The notes: a model not told the origin generated them from the letters alone. A stretch of DNA of 64,000 bases from a virus (IMGVR_UViG_3300033148_004507); one strand, 5' to 3'; positions 47,155 through 57,168 are shown, counted from the first letter of the stretch. Numbers and translations are program-made.

Positions 47155-47540
47155 TTGAAATTAGATTCAGGATTAGAGGCAAGATGCCAAACGAAGAAGA
47201 TATTGATACATACTATTACACACTTGAGGAGATGATGAACTATGCGATTCCGAGGGGCTTTATTGTTGAAACCGTTGACCAATTTACAGGTAGAAAATAC
47301 GATGACGGTCAGGACATGTATGATAATGACATTGTAAAGGCCATAGAGGAGATTCATCGTTGCAGAGAGTGTGATGATAAGATTTATTATCACATTCTTA
47401 AGATAGAATGGTTTGATGGCGGTAATTGGTGGGCGAGAACCAAGCATGACACAGTGTACGAACTGTATAGGCTGAAGAAGCCAGTGTTCATAGGAACTAT
47501 GCACGACAATCCCGAATTATTTAAGGAGGAATCTGAATGA
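47151..47540 (+). CDS. hypothetical protein
   Basis: 129 aa. Confidence 0.45.
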   Translation: MIEIRFRIRGKMPNEEDIDTYYYTLEEMMNYAIPRGFIVETVDQFTGRKYDDGQDMYDNDIVKAIEEIHRCRECDDKIYYHILKIEWFDGGNWWARTKHDTVYELYRLKKPVFIGTMHDNPELFKEESE

Positions 47541-47737
47541 ATAAATGGATAATCATGTTTATATTAATACTAGCGGTCAACACTATAGAGGAGATTGCAT
47601 TAATGATGGTTGGTATTGATATGCCTTGGTGGTTAGATTTTACATTGGGTGGGATTTATGGGCTAATAATCTATACTTTAGTTACAGCATATTACGATAA
47701 GAAAGTTGAGCAAGTTGAGCAGGAGGAATCAGAATGA
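47537..47737 (+). CDS. small membrane protein
   Basis: 2 TM helices. Confidence 0.45.
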   Translation: MNKWIIMFILILAVNTIEEIALMMVGIDMPWWLDFTLGGIYGLIIYTLVTAYYDKKVEQVEQEESE

Positions 47738-48900
47738 CTGGAAATGAAGAAAGAGAACAGAGAATAGACGATATACTAGATGCGATTGCAAGGGTGAGGG
47801 TGGTCAGGCAGTTTGCCGTTAAGGAGCAGTATAAAAGCATTGCTCAAAGGCTTAAGCTGGACATGGAGACTCTATTGGGTACAGACAGTGTGGTGGAGGC
47901 TACGTACTCTGACTGGAGGAACACAAATATTATAAGGACAGATTACAGGGATGGCCTTAATCTCAATATGGTGGATATTCCAGATATTGACAGGGACAAT
48001 CTCAGAAAGTGTCTAAACGAGATTCTTGACGAAAAGAAGATTACCTTACTGTCTGGCATGAGCTATAGGATTAAAGGCACGTTGCCTGATTCTAATAGGT
48101 TCTTCATCAATGACTTTATAAAGTGGGGCATCAAAAAGCCGACTAACCTAAAAGAGAATAAGGAGATGGCTTTGAACCACATAGCCGAAATCATAGTGGC
48201 GATTTCAATGTGCGAATCACATTACAGGATGCATAATTATCGTTGGGACAAGGAAATCACGGACAGGCTATTTGATTCGATATTCCATCAGATAAAGGCG
48301 TATGTTCTCACTGGTGAACTGAAGCTTGTCAAGCCAGATAAGGTAGACCCAAAGAAGGCTAACGATTTGCCGAAACCGATGGCATTCCTGTCTGATGAGA
48401 GGAATGATTTAGTATGGAAATACTCAAAGTTCTGTTACATATGCGGGTCAAGAACCAATTCTTGTTGGTGTGAGGATGTCGCTGAAACAGTTACAAAAGA
48501 CGATATGTTGGATTGTGTATGCTATGGGTGCTATGAGGAGTCGGTAAAGAGAGCATGGACTGGCAATTTTGATGACAAGTTTATCAAGGCCAACTGTGAT
48601 GACAAGTTATCTGAGTTCATTCAGTATTACATCGAAGAGCTAACGCCAGACATGTACGATGTGAAAGACAGAGAGGGTGCGATGGCTATTATCTTTGATT
48701 GGACAAAGAAGCATGGCGAATATTTCCAGATAGAACTTGTTCAGGAAGAGTATGAGGGTGAGGACATGTTCTCAACCAATATTGGTCATAAAGTAATCTC
48801 TGAGAAGCAGTTCGATAAGATTTACAAGGAGATATACGAGTGGACAGACTTTGACGAGGGAGAAATGCCAGAGAACATGTGTAATTGTCCGACATGGTGA
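47734..48900 (+). CDS. Cys-rich hypothetical protein
   Basis: 388 aa; CYICGSRTNSCWCED...CVCYGC. Confidence 0.5.
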   Translation: MTGNEEREQRIDDILDAIARVRVVRQFAVKEQYKSIAQRLKLDMETLLGTDSVVEATYSDWRNTNIIRTDYRDGLNLNMVDIPDIDRDNLRKCLNEILDEKKITLLSGMSYRIKGTLPDSNRFFINDFIKWGIKKPTNLKENKEMALNHIAEIIVAISMCESHYRMHNYRWDKEITDRLFDSIFHQIKAYVLTGELKLVKPDKVDPKKANDLPKPMAFLSDERNDLVWKYSKFCYICGSRTNSCWCEDVAETVTKDDMLDCVCYGCYEESVKRAWTGNFDDKFIKANCDDKLSEFIQYYIEELTPDMYDVKDREGAMAIIFDWTKKHGEYFQIELVQEEYEGEDMFSTNIGHKVISEKQFDKIYKEIYEWTDFDEGEMPENMCNCPTW

Positions 48901-48911
48901 GGTGGAATGGT

Positions 48912-49403
48912 ATGGGTAATACAGACTTTCAGAAAATCAATATAGGCAACCCGAAGGTATTGCGATGTTACATGAATGGGAAGAATCACACATTGGTGTC
49001 AGAGGCTTTAGGCGATTATATTGGGGTCGGTAAGTGGGGCTTGCACTTCTTATTCAGATTGCCAGGATACACGAAAGATACAAAGCAACATGCGATTGGC
49101 ATTGCAGTGCCAAGGGGTTGTGAAGATATTGAACGGATAAAAGAAGAGCTATTAGCTATAGCCCCTCATCTCTTCTTAACAGAAGATGGATTTGGCCGTA
49201 TAAGAATATCTCATCACACTCGAAATGAATACGGGACTTACACGATACTCTATTATAGAAAAGAAAAGAAGTGGGCAATACAGAAGCATGTGCATTATGT
49301 CGAATCAAAAGAATTCATGTCATTTGATGATTTAGTGGAATTGCTAAGAACAAAACACTATCAATTCGAATGGGACGATGAAGAAGATTCTGAGGGTGGG
49401 TAG
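48912..49403 (+). CDS. hypothetical protein
   Basis: ATG 48912 after GGTGAGGTGG SD; in-frame in track ORF 48885. Confidence 0.45.
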   Translation: MGNTDFQKINIGNPKVLRCYMNGKNHTLVSEALGDYIGVGKWGLHFLFRLPGYTKDTKQHAIGIAVPRGCEDIERIKEELLAIAPHLFLTEDGFGRIRISHHTRNEYGTYTILYYRKEKKWAIQKHVHYVESKEFMSFDDLVELLRTKHYQFEWDDEEDSEGG

Positions 49404-49405
49404 GC

Positions 49406-49735
49406 ATGGGTAATGAAAGGCATAGTGATGAGGAACTGAGGGAGCAGTTCGGGGTGAGGCGTACAGGTACACCAGTGTTTGAACCTCAAGAATGGGGTTA
49501 TCGCTGTCCGAAAGGCCACTCTCATATTGCATGGAGTGAGTTCAAAAAGCATATTTGGTGCTATGTGTGTGAGCTTGATTATCATTATGCAAAAGATTGT
49601 GTATTGATTAAGGACAAATACAATCCGAAAGATTTATCCGAACAACCGAGAATTATAATTGGAATAAGCAATTATACAGAAGATGGGAATGATTTTAATG
49701 ACATTCCGAAAGAGTTATTGGAGGTAAAGACATGA
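49406..49735 (+). CDS. Cys/His-containing hypothetical protein
   Basis: CPKGHSH...CYVCELDYHYAKDC. Confidence 0.45.
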   Translation: MGNERHSDEELREQFGVRRTGTPVFEPQEWGYRCPKGHSHIAWSEFKKHIWCYVCELDYHYAKDCVLIKDKYNPKDLSEQPRIIIGISNYTEDGNDFNDIPKELLEVKT

Positions 49736-50175
49736 TAGACTTGAAAGAAAAATGGAATGACGTGATGGGCCTTTGGGCCAAGATTGAGGCGATGTACAAT
49801 AACAAGGCATTCGTCAAGAAGCTGTCTATAGCGTTCCTCTTCATGGGTTTTACATTACTTGGCATTTCTATAGTGGCATCAACCGTTCCGTTCCTTAGTG
49901 TGCTTTTAAAGGGCATTGCTTACGGCTTTATCGGGCTATTTATGGTGGGCTACCTGATTATGTACTTCGTACACAAGGAGGACTTGCTTGAGGCAATCTT
50001 CAAGATGTTCGATAAGAAGGATAAAAAGAAGAAAAAGGAAATGGAGAAGAAGGATACTGTACAGGTGCATAGATGGTGTTCCAGATGCCATAGAGATAAA
50101 TTAGCTCCATACAAGGACTGGACTTATGATGACGGAGACATCTGCCCAGAATGTCAATTAAAGGAGGGGGCGTAA
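49732..50175 (+). CDS. membrane protein with C-terminal zinc ribbon
   Basis: 2 TM; KKDKKKKKEMEKK linker; CSRCHRD...CPECQ. Confidence 0.5.
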   Translation: MIDLKEKWNDVMGLWAKIEAMYNNKAFVKKLSIAFLFMGFTLLGISIVASTVPFLSVLLKGIAYGFIGLFMVGYLIMYFVHKEDLLEAIFKMFDKKDKKKKKEMEKKDTVQVHRWCSRCHRDKLAPYKDWTYDDGDICPECQLKEGA

Positions 50176-50348
50176 TGACGATTGAAAAAAGCAAAGTAAT
50201 ATTTTGCAACCATGTAGGGTGTCATGAACATTTAGTTTATAGTATAGAATCTTCTGACGAAGCGGTATTAATAGATTCTATAATATTTAATTGGACGAGG
50301 TATTTTGAATTGTCTTGGTGTCCAAAACATTCAAAGGGGGGTGATTAA
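50175..50348 (+). CDS. mini-protein
   Basis: TAATG start; CNHVGCHEH. Confidence 0.4.
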   Translation: MTIEKSKVIFCNHVGCHEHLVYSIESSDEAVLIDSIIFNWTRYFELSWCPKHSKGGD

Positions 50349-50350
50349 AA

Positions 50351-50500
50351 ATGGTCATAATAAAAAGAACATACAGTAGAACTGTGCATGAAGTTCGAGC
50401 AACTGCCAATGGCAGAATACTTGAGATTGAGAATGAAATAGAACTCTGGAATGGTAATAAATTAGAAATCATTATTATAAATAGGGGTGTTGGCAAATGA
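50351..50500 (+). CDS. 49-aa hypothetical (not in track)
   Basis: ATG 50351, TGA overlaps ATG 50497. Confidence 0.35.
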   Translation: MVIIKRTYSRTVHEVRATANGRILEIENEIELWNGNKLEIIIINRGVGK

Positions 50501-50739
50501 GTAATTGTAGGCACTATAATGCTCGACACATCTGGGGAAAGGGGGATGCTGTCCCTTTGGATGTGAAAGGCATTGGGGAATTTGATATAATTCCAACTGC
50601 AAGGCACAGGGCATTAGTGGGTCGTCCGACACCAAGAAAGAAGGTTGCCGAGGTCTATAAGTGGTGTCCTGAATGTGGGGCATTGAAGATAGGTGGCAAA
50701 TGGTTGAAACCGAGTAATAATTCTGGTGAGGTTTTCTAA
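50497..50739 (+). CDS. hypothetical mini-protein
   Basis: 80 aa; CPECG. Confidence 0.45.
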   Translation: MSNCRHYNARHIWGKGDAVPLDVKGIGEFDIIPTARHRALVGRPTPRKKVAEVYKWCPECGALKIGGKWLKPSNNSGEVF

Positions 50740-51122
50740 TGTCACTCCAGAGTAAAATAACAGCATATATTCATAAGAGGCTTGAGAAGGAAATCACGAC
50801 CACTGAGAAATATCTGGAAGATTTGCGTGATTGCTCTGATAACTTGGAAACAAGGCCATTGAGGTTCCATGTATATATCCATAATGCTTGGGGTTCTTAT
50901 CCAAACACATATGATGCAGAAAGTAAAGGGAAGGACTTGTTAAAGACATTGAAAAGGGCGATTGCGAAATTCAAGGAATTGAATAGAAGGTCTGATGTCC
51001 AGGGAGATTTACGCATATCTGCCATAATGAGTAAAGGAGTCAAGTTTTACGTGCCTAATGAATTGCATGATGAGATAACCCGTGAGATGAAAAAGTATAT
51101 TCCAGAGGAGGATTCAGAATGA
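50739..51122 (+). CDS. hypothetical protein
   Basis: 127 aa. Confidence 0.45.
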   Translation: MSLQSKITAYIHKRLEKEITTTEKYLEDLRDCSDNLETRPLRFHVYIHNAWGSYPNTYDAESKGKDLLKTLKRAIAKFKELNRRSDVQGDLRISAIMSKGVKFYVPNELHDEITREMKKYIPEEDSE

Positions 51123-51152
51123 TAATCGAGTTCGAAGATGGGGGGGAATAAT

Positions 51153-51608
51153 ATGGGTAAGGTTGACCCTGGCATGATTGTCCAATGTATGCTGTGTGGC
51201 GATAAGAAATATTATCGTCAGAAGAACAAGAGAAGATGCCCGTACAGGCACACTCATGATTGGGTGGCCGTCTGGGTCAAGGACGGAGATATTCAAATAG
51301 GGGATAATAATATGGATGAATTTGAAATAAAATTAAGCGAGAGCAAACGAGATGGGTGGAAAGAACAAATATCAAAGACTGGTGAGAAAGATTTCATAGG
51401 ACAGCTTGATAAGATAATCGAATCTCATGGGTTCGATACTCATGGTAGTTACAGGGCATCATACATGATAAACGGCGGGTATGGTCGGAACCCTGAGAAT
51501 AGGGCGACATTGAAGATAACCTTTACAGGGAAATTGGGGTCGCTATATGGGATTCTAAAAATACCGACTGATAAGAAAGTTGATAATGCAAAGATAGGAG
51601 TGTTTTGA
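51153..51608 (+). CDS. hypothetical protein with N-terminal zinc ribbon
   Basis: CMLCGDKKYYRQKNKRRCPYRH. Confidence 0.45.
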   Translation: MGKVDPGMIVQCMLCGDKKYYRQKNKRRCPYRHTHDWVAVWVKDGDIQIGDNNMDEFEIKLSESKRDGWKEQISKTGEKDFIGQLDKIIESHGFDTHGSYRASYMINGGYGRNPENRATLKITFTGKLGSLYGILKIPTDKKVDNAKIGVF

Positions 51609-51671
51609 TATGGACAAAGATATTGTAGCGAGGAGTGAAATAATGGATGTAGAAATCACGGGGAGCAAACA

Positions 51672-52016
51672 ATGAAGCATTACACAGCGACACACCCTGG
51701 CAGGGTTGGTATGAAACGTTCTGCACCATTATGTGACCCCGACTTGGATGAAAGCCACATAAACAGCGTTAGTAAAACAGATTGCCCCGCTTGTCTTAAA
51801 ATCATAGCCGAGAACCCTATAATCTGCGAGAGTTGTGGCTGGCCTAATCATGTGCCTCATAAGAAAGATAAAGCTTCAGAAAAGAAGGAATGGTGGTTCT
51901 GTAATAAGAATAGCATGATGGTCTATGACCAGATGTGCTATGATTGTTGCTTCATTGATGAGATTTGGGAGTGCCTTGATGTTCGTGATAAGCCAGAGAA
52001 GAGGGGGGGATTGTGA
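51672..52016 (+). CDS. zinc-ribbon protein
   Basis: CPACLK, CESCGW, CYDCC. Confidence 0.5.
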   Translation: MKHYTATHPGRVGMKRSAPLCDPDLDESHINSVSKTDCPACLKIIAENPIICESCGWPNHVPHKKDKASEKKEWWFCNKNSMMVYDQMCYDCCFIDEIWECLDVRDKPEKRGGL

Positions 52017-52168
52017 TGTACGAGTGTGATTTTTGCGACCATAGGGAAGAGGACATCGACATGATGAAGGAGCATATCAAGGAAAACCACATTGAAGAAT
52101 TCTATGACTATTGCTTTGATGAATGGGCTGACGACTTCATAGCAGAAATTAATGAGGTGGTTGATTAA
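52016..52168 (+). CDS. 50-aa C2H2-type zinc-finger mini-protein (not in track)
   Basis: CDFCDHREEDIDMMKEHIKENH = C-x2-C-x12-H-x5-H. Confidence 0.45.
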   Translation: MYECDFCDHREEDIDMMKEHIKENHIEEFYDYCFDEWADDFIAEINEVVD

Positions 52169-52668
52169 TGTGCCAGTGTCTAGTATGTGGTAAGACATTT
52201 CCCTGCAACGAAGGGGATGGGACACATTGGGATAGGAGGGCCGAATGCTGTGAGAAGCCCATTGTAGTGGGGGAAATAAAGCATTGTGAATGGTGCAATG
52301 TGGAATTAAAAGGTGAGGAAATAGATGCACCGATGATATACAAAGGCGATAAAATATGCGATAGTTGCTATGCTGAGAAATCATTCTCATGCATCCTTTG
52401 TGAAGAGACAATGGATGACCAAAATATAACTCATATAATGGTGAACATAGGGGATGTTGGTGTGAGTAAAGGATATTACGAGGTAATAAATCGGCCATTC
52501 ATAAGCGGGGACTGTTTGGGTATCGACATCAAAGTAATACCGTCATCTGTTAAAAAAGTGAAAGAATTAAATGGAAATGAATCTGAAGGTGCAGATTGTA
52601 TATGTCCAGAATGTTCAAACACGGTGTCGCATACTGGCGTAGGAAACGAGGTGAGGCAGGATGGGTAA
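52168..52668 (+). CDS. multi-zinc-ribbon protein
   Basis: CQCLVCGK, CEWCN, CDSCY, CILCEE, CICPECS. Confidence 0.55.
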   Translation: MCQCLVCGKTFPCNEGDGTHWDRRAECCEKPIVVGEIKHCEWCNVELKGEEIDAPMIYKGDKICDSCYAEKSFSCILCEETMDDQNITHIMVNIGDVGVSKGYYEVINRPFISGDCLGIDIKVIPSSVKKVKELNGNESEGADCICPECSNTVSHTGVGNEVRQDG

Positions 52669-52867
52669 TGAATTTGAGATAAACATTAAGATAATAAAGA
52701 ATAGACGGGATGAATATATTCGTGATGCCTTAGTTTGGATTAAAAAGCCAAAAACACCATATAATGAAGTTGCTGTTGAACTTTACAGGGCAAGGGTGGA
52801 GGAATTAGATTGGGTGTTGGATGTATTGTTAGAGAATGGCGTAGGAACTGAAAAGGGGAGTGATTAA
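52661..52867 (+). CDS. hypothetical mini-protein
   Basis: 68 aa. Confidence 0.45.
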   Translation: MGNEFEINIKIIKNRRDEYIRDALVWIKKPKTPYNEVAVELYRARVEELDWVLDVLLENGVGTEKGSD

Positions 52868-52953
52868 ATGTCAAAAGGTGGATGGAAAATAGATGTGCCA
52901 GGATATATTATATTGTGCGTATGTGCTACAATAATAATATGTGTGTATATCGT

Positions 52954-53691
52954 ATGGGGTTGAATGATTTGAAAGATGAAATATATGAGTGCGAATGCAC
53001 AGTTGATTACTCTGAAAAGGGAATCAGTGGCAGTCCAACATCGTGTCATTATCACGGTTCTGGGGTCTGGCAATGTCCAGAGTGCGGAGAACTCAGGGAT
53101 TTCTCTGACAGAACGCATCTATTAACTCTGGAGTATTTCAAGGAGGGCGATGATGCCGATTATGCCACGCCAGAGGATAACATCCATGTGAGGGCCATAG
53201 ATTTCGAGGATAGATTGAATGATGGAACTAGGGATTCCAATGGTTTGCCAGTCGGGGTAAAATCAATAATGGATGACATTCGTGATGGGGGCGGTTGGGC
53301 CTATGAAGGCATCGGAGGTCATGAGCTTGGTTTTTTCAAGACTGAAGTATATTGGTACTGGTATAGATGCTCGTATGAGTATCAAGAGTACGAGTTGGAT
53401 ATGATGATAATCACTGAGGATAAATTAGATGAAGCCTATTTGAAACTACGCCTTTCAAATATCGAACCAGGGGATTTGGTATTATATTCTGAAAATGAGG
53501 ACACTTGGTTTAATTTCAAGTGCAGGGATGAGGTAAAGCGTGTGCTGTGTCCATTTATACAAGATGGCGAAAGAGCAGACTGTGTTAGCGTATCTCCAAG
53601 GGGTACATTTCAATACTGCCCATCTCTTGTAATTGTTGTTTCTGAGGACACGGTTAAAAATCACATGAGTAAATCGAAGGAGTTGAAATAA
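52954..53691 (+). CDS. hypothetical Cys-containing protein
   Basis: ATG 52954 in-frame in track ORF 52882; a 31-aa TM mini-ORF 52868..52963 may precede it. Confidence 0.45.
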   Translation: MGLNDLKDEIYECECTVDYSEKGISGSPTSCHYHGSGVWQCPECGELRDFSDRTHLLTLEYFKEGDDADYATPEDNIHVRAIDFEDRLNDGTRDSNGLPVGVKSIMDDIRDGGGWAYEGIGGHELGFFKTEVYWYWYRCSYEYQEYELDMMIITEDKLDEAYLKLRLSNIEPGDLVLYSENEDTWFNFKCRDEVKRVLCPFIQDGERADCVSVSPRGTFQYCPSLVIVVSEDTVKNHMSKSKELK

Positions 53692-53963
53692 TGGATATAG
53701 ATAATGTAATCAAAGATATAAACAAGCAACTAATTAATACAGAGGTGAGGGATTCTATATTATTGGGGATGCGATTGAAAGATATTGAGGGGGCAACGGA
53801 AGAGGACATCGAGGTATTGATTAACCACTATACTAATAAAAAATATATGAATATAGAGGTGCAGATAAACAAGGCATTGCACAGCAACATTCCAGCATTC
53901 AGGAGGCTGTGTTGGTGTGAGCATTGCGAGGGTGTATTAGATTGCAAGAGTGACCATAAGTGA
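53691..53963 (+). CDS. hypothetical protein
   Basis: 90 aa; CWCEHCEG. Confidence 0.45.
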   Translation: MDIDNVIKDINKQLINTEVRDSILLGMRLKDIEGATEEDIEVLINHYTNKKYMNIEVQINKALHSNIPAFRRLCWCEHCEGVLDCKSDHK

Positions 53964-53972
53964 GGCGATTAG

Positions 53973-54299
53973 ATGACAACGACATACTATGAGGATATAG
54001 ACGAATTGATTGAGAGCTTGCAGAGGATTAAAGACGAATATGATGGTTGCCATGTGTTGATGACAAACAGTTGGCATGGGGCTTGGAATGTTCCCACGGA
54101 GAAGCATCCCTTCTACAAGATGTCTTTCGGGATGAATGGCGAATTGCTCAAGAAAGATGATGTTAGAAACTTTAGCTGTAATGAATCTGGGGTTATAGTC
54201 TTGGCCTTTGTTCCAAAGGAATTGTTCGATGAGTCACGAATCGAGGATATGCATAAGAGGGATAAGGCAGAGGTCGAAAGGAGACTATCTAATGATTGA
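53973..54299 (+). CDS. hypothetical protein
   Basis: 108 aa. Confidence 0.45.
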   Translation: MTTTYYEDIDELIESLQRIKDEYDGCHVLMTNSWHGAWNVPTEKHPFYKMSFGMNGELLKKDDVRNFSCNESGVIVLAFVPKELFDESRIEDMHKRDKAEVERRLSND

Positions 54300-54504
54300 T
54301 TATGATGACATCTGCGAATGTGTAATAGTTCATACATCTCCATCGGAGGATGCTCTATTAAAGAGTAAGGAATCAGATGGAGGTGTCTATCTGATGGCAT
54401 ATGTGAAGATGCTTTTCACTGATGGCAGACCACATTGCTCTGATGTGGATTGCATTAAATGTGATGGCACAGGAGATAAGAATAACAGAAGGAGGAATAA
54501 TTAA
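54292..54504 (+). CDS. Cys-rich mini-protein
   Basis: ATG 54292; CECVIVH...CSDVDCIKCDGTG. Confidence 0.4.
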   Translation: MIDYDDICECVIVHTSPSEDALLKSKESDGGVYLMAYVKMLFTDGRPHCSDVDCIKCDGTGDKNNRRRNN

Positions 54505-54764
54505 TGATACCAAAATCGGAAGATATGGAACGTCAGTTCGAATGGAGTCGGTGTGCGTGTGGTTGCCACACAACATATGCAGAAAAGAAAGGGGCATTGC
54601 CTTTGAGGTTGCAGGATTTTCAGGATATTCAAGAATGGGCGACAGAGAACATCAATGATATAATCGAGGGGGCAATTAAACATGCCGTCTGTCTTGAGGA
54701 GTTCCCCGATAGTGAGGAATGGGATGAATGCTCATGCGATGAAGAGCCAGAGGAGGGTGATTGA
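54504..54764 (+). CDS. hypothetical acidic protein
   Basis: 86 aa. Confidence 0.45.
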   Translation: MIPKSEDMERQFEWSRCACGCHTTYAEKKGALPLRLQDFQDIQEWATENINDIIEGAIKHAVCLEEFPDSEEWDECSCDEEPEEGD

Positions 54765-54938
54765 ATGGTTGAAATAGACAACGAGGTATTTACCAGGATA
54801 GTATTTTTAGTTGGTGCAGAAACGATACGGCAGATTACACAACAGAAATTTATAAGTTCTGAGATGGAGATGATAAATCAACTATTATCAAAAACACTCG
54901 ATGATTTGCCAGATGAGGGAGATAAAGGAGATGATTAA
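54765..54938 (+). CDS. 57-aa hypothetical (not in track)
   Basis: ATG right after upstream TGA; TAA 54936-54938 then ATG 54939. Confidence 0.35.
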   Translation: MVEIDNEVFTRIVFLVGAETIRQITQQKFISSEMEMINQLLSKTLDDLPDEGDKGDD

Positions 54939-55445
54939 ATGGTGTACAGCGATTATCAGAAGATAGATAGCAGTAAAGAGGATAAGAAATATTGGAAGCA
55001 TCATGAAACCAGGCTTTTAAAGGAAGTCAAGGAATTAGGTCTAAAAGAGGACTTCGACCACAACCAACCGATGAAGAAAGAAGAAAGGATAGGTAGGGAT
55101 GGAAAGATGAGGATTGTAGAAGTCCCATCACCTCACGGGCGGGGTACGAATCCAAATAAGTGGTGGATAGGAAAGACTACATGTTCATTGTACACTCCTG
55201 CCGAGTTCAAGAAAATGAAGGGGTACAGGATAAGACATCCTGGCGATGGAACGAATATGTTTAAGCCCGAAAGTAAGGGTATATCGACATGCTCCCATCT
55301 TGACCATTACAATAAGTTGAAGGGTCGAGTGATAGCACTTGAGAGGGCAATCTGGGACTATTTGAGATGCCCAGAGTGCGAGGTGGAGCATCTTGAAAAG
55401 GGCCACAGTGAAGCACATCTTCCATATATTCTCATGGAGGATTAA
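54939..55445 (+). CDS. hypothetical protein
   Basis: 168 aa; C-terminal CPECEVEH. Confidence 0.5.
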   Translation: MVYSDYQKIDSSKEDKKYWKHHETRLLKEVKELGLKEDFDHNQPMKKEERIGRDGKMRIVEVPSPHGRGTNPNKWWIGKTTCSLYTPAEFKKMKGYRIRHPGDGTNMFKPESKGISTCSHLDHYNKLKGRVIALERAIWDYLRCPECEVEHLEKGHSEAHLPYILMED

Positions 55446-55447
55446 GA

Positions 55448-55579
55448 ATGGGTGAGATATTTAGAACAAGCGAGTATGAGTGTAATAAGTGTGGTTATAA
55501 GTTTTTAGCACAGGAACCGCACCCATGTCCAAAGTGCCAGAAGGAAGAATTTGAGCAATGGAAATCGAAGGAGGAATAA
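55448..55579 (+). CDS. 43-aa zinc-ribbon mini-protein (not in track)
   Basis: CNKCGY...CPKCQ. Confidence 0.4.
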   Translation: MGEIFRTSEYECNKCGYKFLAQEPHPCPKCQKEEFEQWKSKEE

Positions 55580-55581
55580 TC

Positions 55582-56028
55582 ATGGTAGACAAGATTGGAT
55601 TTTATATCAGAAAGAAAGAGTATGGGTTCTTATCGAACTTTCATAGGGCCGAGCAGACGATTGACGGCATTACATATCCTACCAACGAGCATTATTATCA
55701 GTCCATGAAGGCCAAGGATGGGGATGTCAGAAAGTGGATAGCATCCTCTCCGAAGGCGTTCCAGGCTATGAAAGCAGGTCGTTCATTGAGGGACAAAGAG
55801 ATGGTGGATGATTGGGACGGCTACAAGCTCGAAATCATGCAGAAGGGTCTTATGGCTAAGTTCGCTCAGAACTCTGGCTTGGCTCGGATGCTCATAGAGA
55901 CTGGTGATGCGGATTTATTTGAGGATAGTCCAACAGATATGTTTTGGGGTGGTCGGCTTGAGGGTAGTAAAAACTACCTGGGGCATCTGCTCATGATTGT
56001 CCGTGAAGAACTCATGCGTGGTGAGTAA
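55582..56028 (+). CDS. NADAR (YbiA/DUF1768-like) domain protein
   Basis: FYIRKKEYGFLSNFHRAEQTIDGITYPTNEHYYQSMKA closely matches YbiA/NADAR core (GFLSNF ... YPTxEHYFQAxKF). Confidence 0.8.
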   Translation: MVDKIGFYIRKKEYGFLSNFHRAEQTIDGITYPTNEHYYQSMKAKDGDVRKWIASSPKAFQAMKAGRSLRDKEMVDDWDGYKLEIMQKGLMAKFAQNSGLARMLIETGDADLFEDSPTDMFWGGRLEGSKNYLGHLLMIVREELMRGE

Positions 56029-56030
56029 TC

Positions 56031-56153
56031 ATGGAAAGAAACTGGACTGTGGTTTTCGAAGTTATAGAAGCATACAACTGCGAAACTAAAGAAGAGGCTA
56101 TCCAGAAGGTAATCGACCAATATGGTGATGTTGACATAGTGATGGTGTCGTGA
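56031..56153 (+). CDS. 40-aa hypothetical (not in track)
   Basis: ATG 56031 right after TAA; TGA 56151-56153 overlaps next start. Confidence 0.3.
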   Translation: MERNWTVVFEVIEAYNCETKEEAIQKVIDQYGDVDIVMVS

Positions 56154-56770
56154 TGGTGGGTTGTAAATCATCCAACGACTCAATTCGAGAACAGAGATTG
56201 AAGCAACGCAAAAGAGTGGAAATCTACTTGATAATCACGGTTATTATAGTTGCTGTAGTTAGGTATGTAATGAGGGTAGATGATGGATATATGTTCGGCC
56301 TGGTGGATGGGGTGGTAGTCGGGGCAATCTTGGCATTTATATTATCATATCACTCGGATACAAAGAAAGAGATTGAGAACTGTTCAGATGGAGATAAAGA
56401 GGTCGAGAATAAAAGAAAAGATGAAGAGTGGGCTAAAAAATCGTTGGTGAAAAAGGAATATGGTTTCAAAGATTCTCTTTGGGCAATAGGATACTTAAGC
56501 AAAATGCTGATAACCACTAGCTTAGTAGTGATTTTAATATTTGCCCCTATTATTCTTTGGGGTAGTGCCAAACCGCCAAATTCGATATATTATTCAATTA
56601 TAATATTGGTGTTCGCTATTTTAGGGTGCATCCTTATTATCGGTAATTATGTAGTAATGCCAATATGGGAATCCATTGAGAACTGTTGGGGTCAAGAGAG
56701 ATTGGAGATGATTTGGAAAGAGAATCCAATCAAACAAATACGAATGTATGTGCTGGAGTGTAAAACATGA
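56153..56770 (+). CDS. polytopic membrane protein
   Basis: 4 hydrophobic helices; ATG 56153 in-frame in track ORF 56150. Confidence 0.5.
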   Translation: MVGCKSSNDSIREQRLKQRKRVEIYLIITVIIVAVVRYVMRVDDGYMFGLVDGVVVGAILAFILSYHSDTKKEIENCSDGDKEVENKRKDEEWAKKSLVKKEYGFKDSLWAIGYLSKMLITTSLVVILIFAPIILWGSAKPPNSIYYSIIILVFAILGCILIIGNYVVMPIWESIENCWGQERLEMIWKENPIKQIRMYVLECKT

Positions 56771-57168
56771 ATGAGGTGATTATAGCAGGCAAGCGAGGTG
56801 GTAAAATGAACGAAATTATGGAAAAGGCTCTGGAGGAGAAAGAAAAAGGCAATGATGTAACCTTGATATGGGACGAGGCTGGAGTATCTTCTAAGGTAGC
56901 GGGGATAGAGAAACCAATCTTGATAACTAAGGATGATTGCCTGAACTGTGACTTTGTGAAGAAGAAAGTAGCTGACAAGCTTGATGGTGTTGAGGTTGTT
57001 AATGCCGATGAAGTTCAAGGAAAAGTTTACATGGCATATTATCAAATTTATGGTAAGATGGAGATGGACAGCAAGCTTCAATTCCCGTTCCTGATAACTG
57101 AGAAAGAGGACGTGGTTCATGGGACAATTGCCATCAAGAATCACATACTAAAAAGGAGTGATAGGTAA
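56767..57168 (+). CDS. possible thioredoxin/glutaredoxin-fold CxxC protein
   Basis: KPILITKDDCLNCDFVKKKV ... FPFLI resembles Grx/NrdH-like CxxC in beta-alpha context; tentative. Confidence 0.35.
   Translation: MNEVIIAGKRGGKMNEIMEKALEEKEKGNDVTLIWDEAGVSSKVAGIEKPILITKDDCLNCDFVKKKVADKLDGVEVVNADEVQGKVYMAYYQIYGKMEMDSKLQFPFLITEKEDVVHGTIAIKNHILKRSDR

Noticed and set aside
56692-57144. 150-aa minus-strand ORF
   Set aside because: It is the antisense of 56767..57168 and the end of the membrane-protein gene. The + strand genes have coupled starts and SDs.
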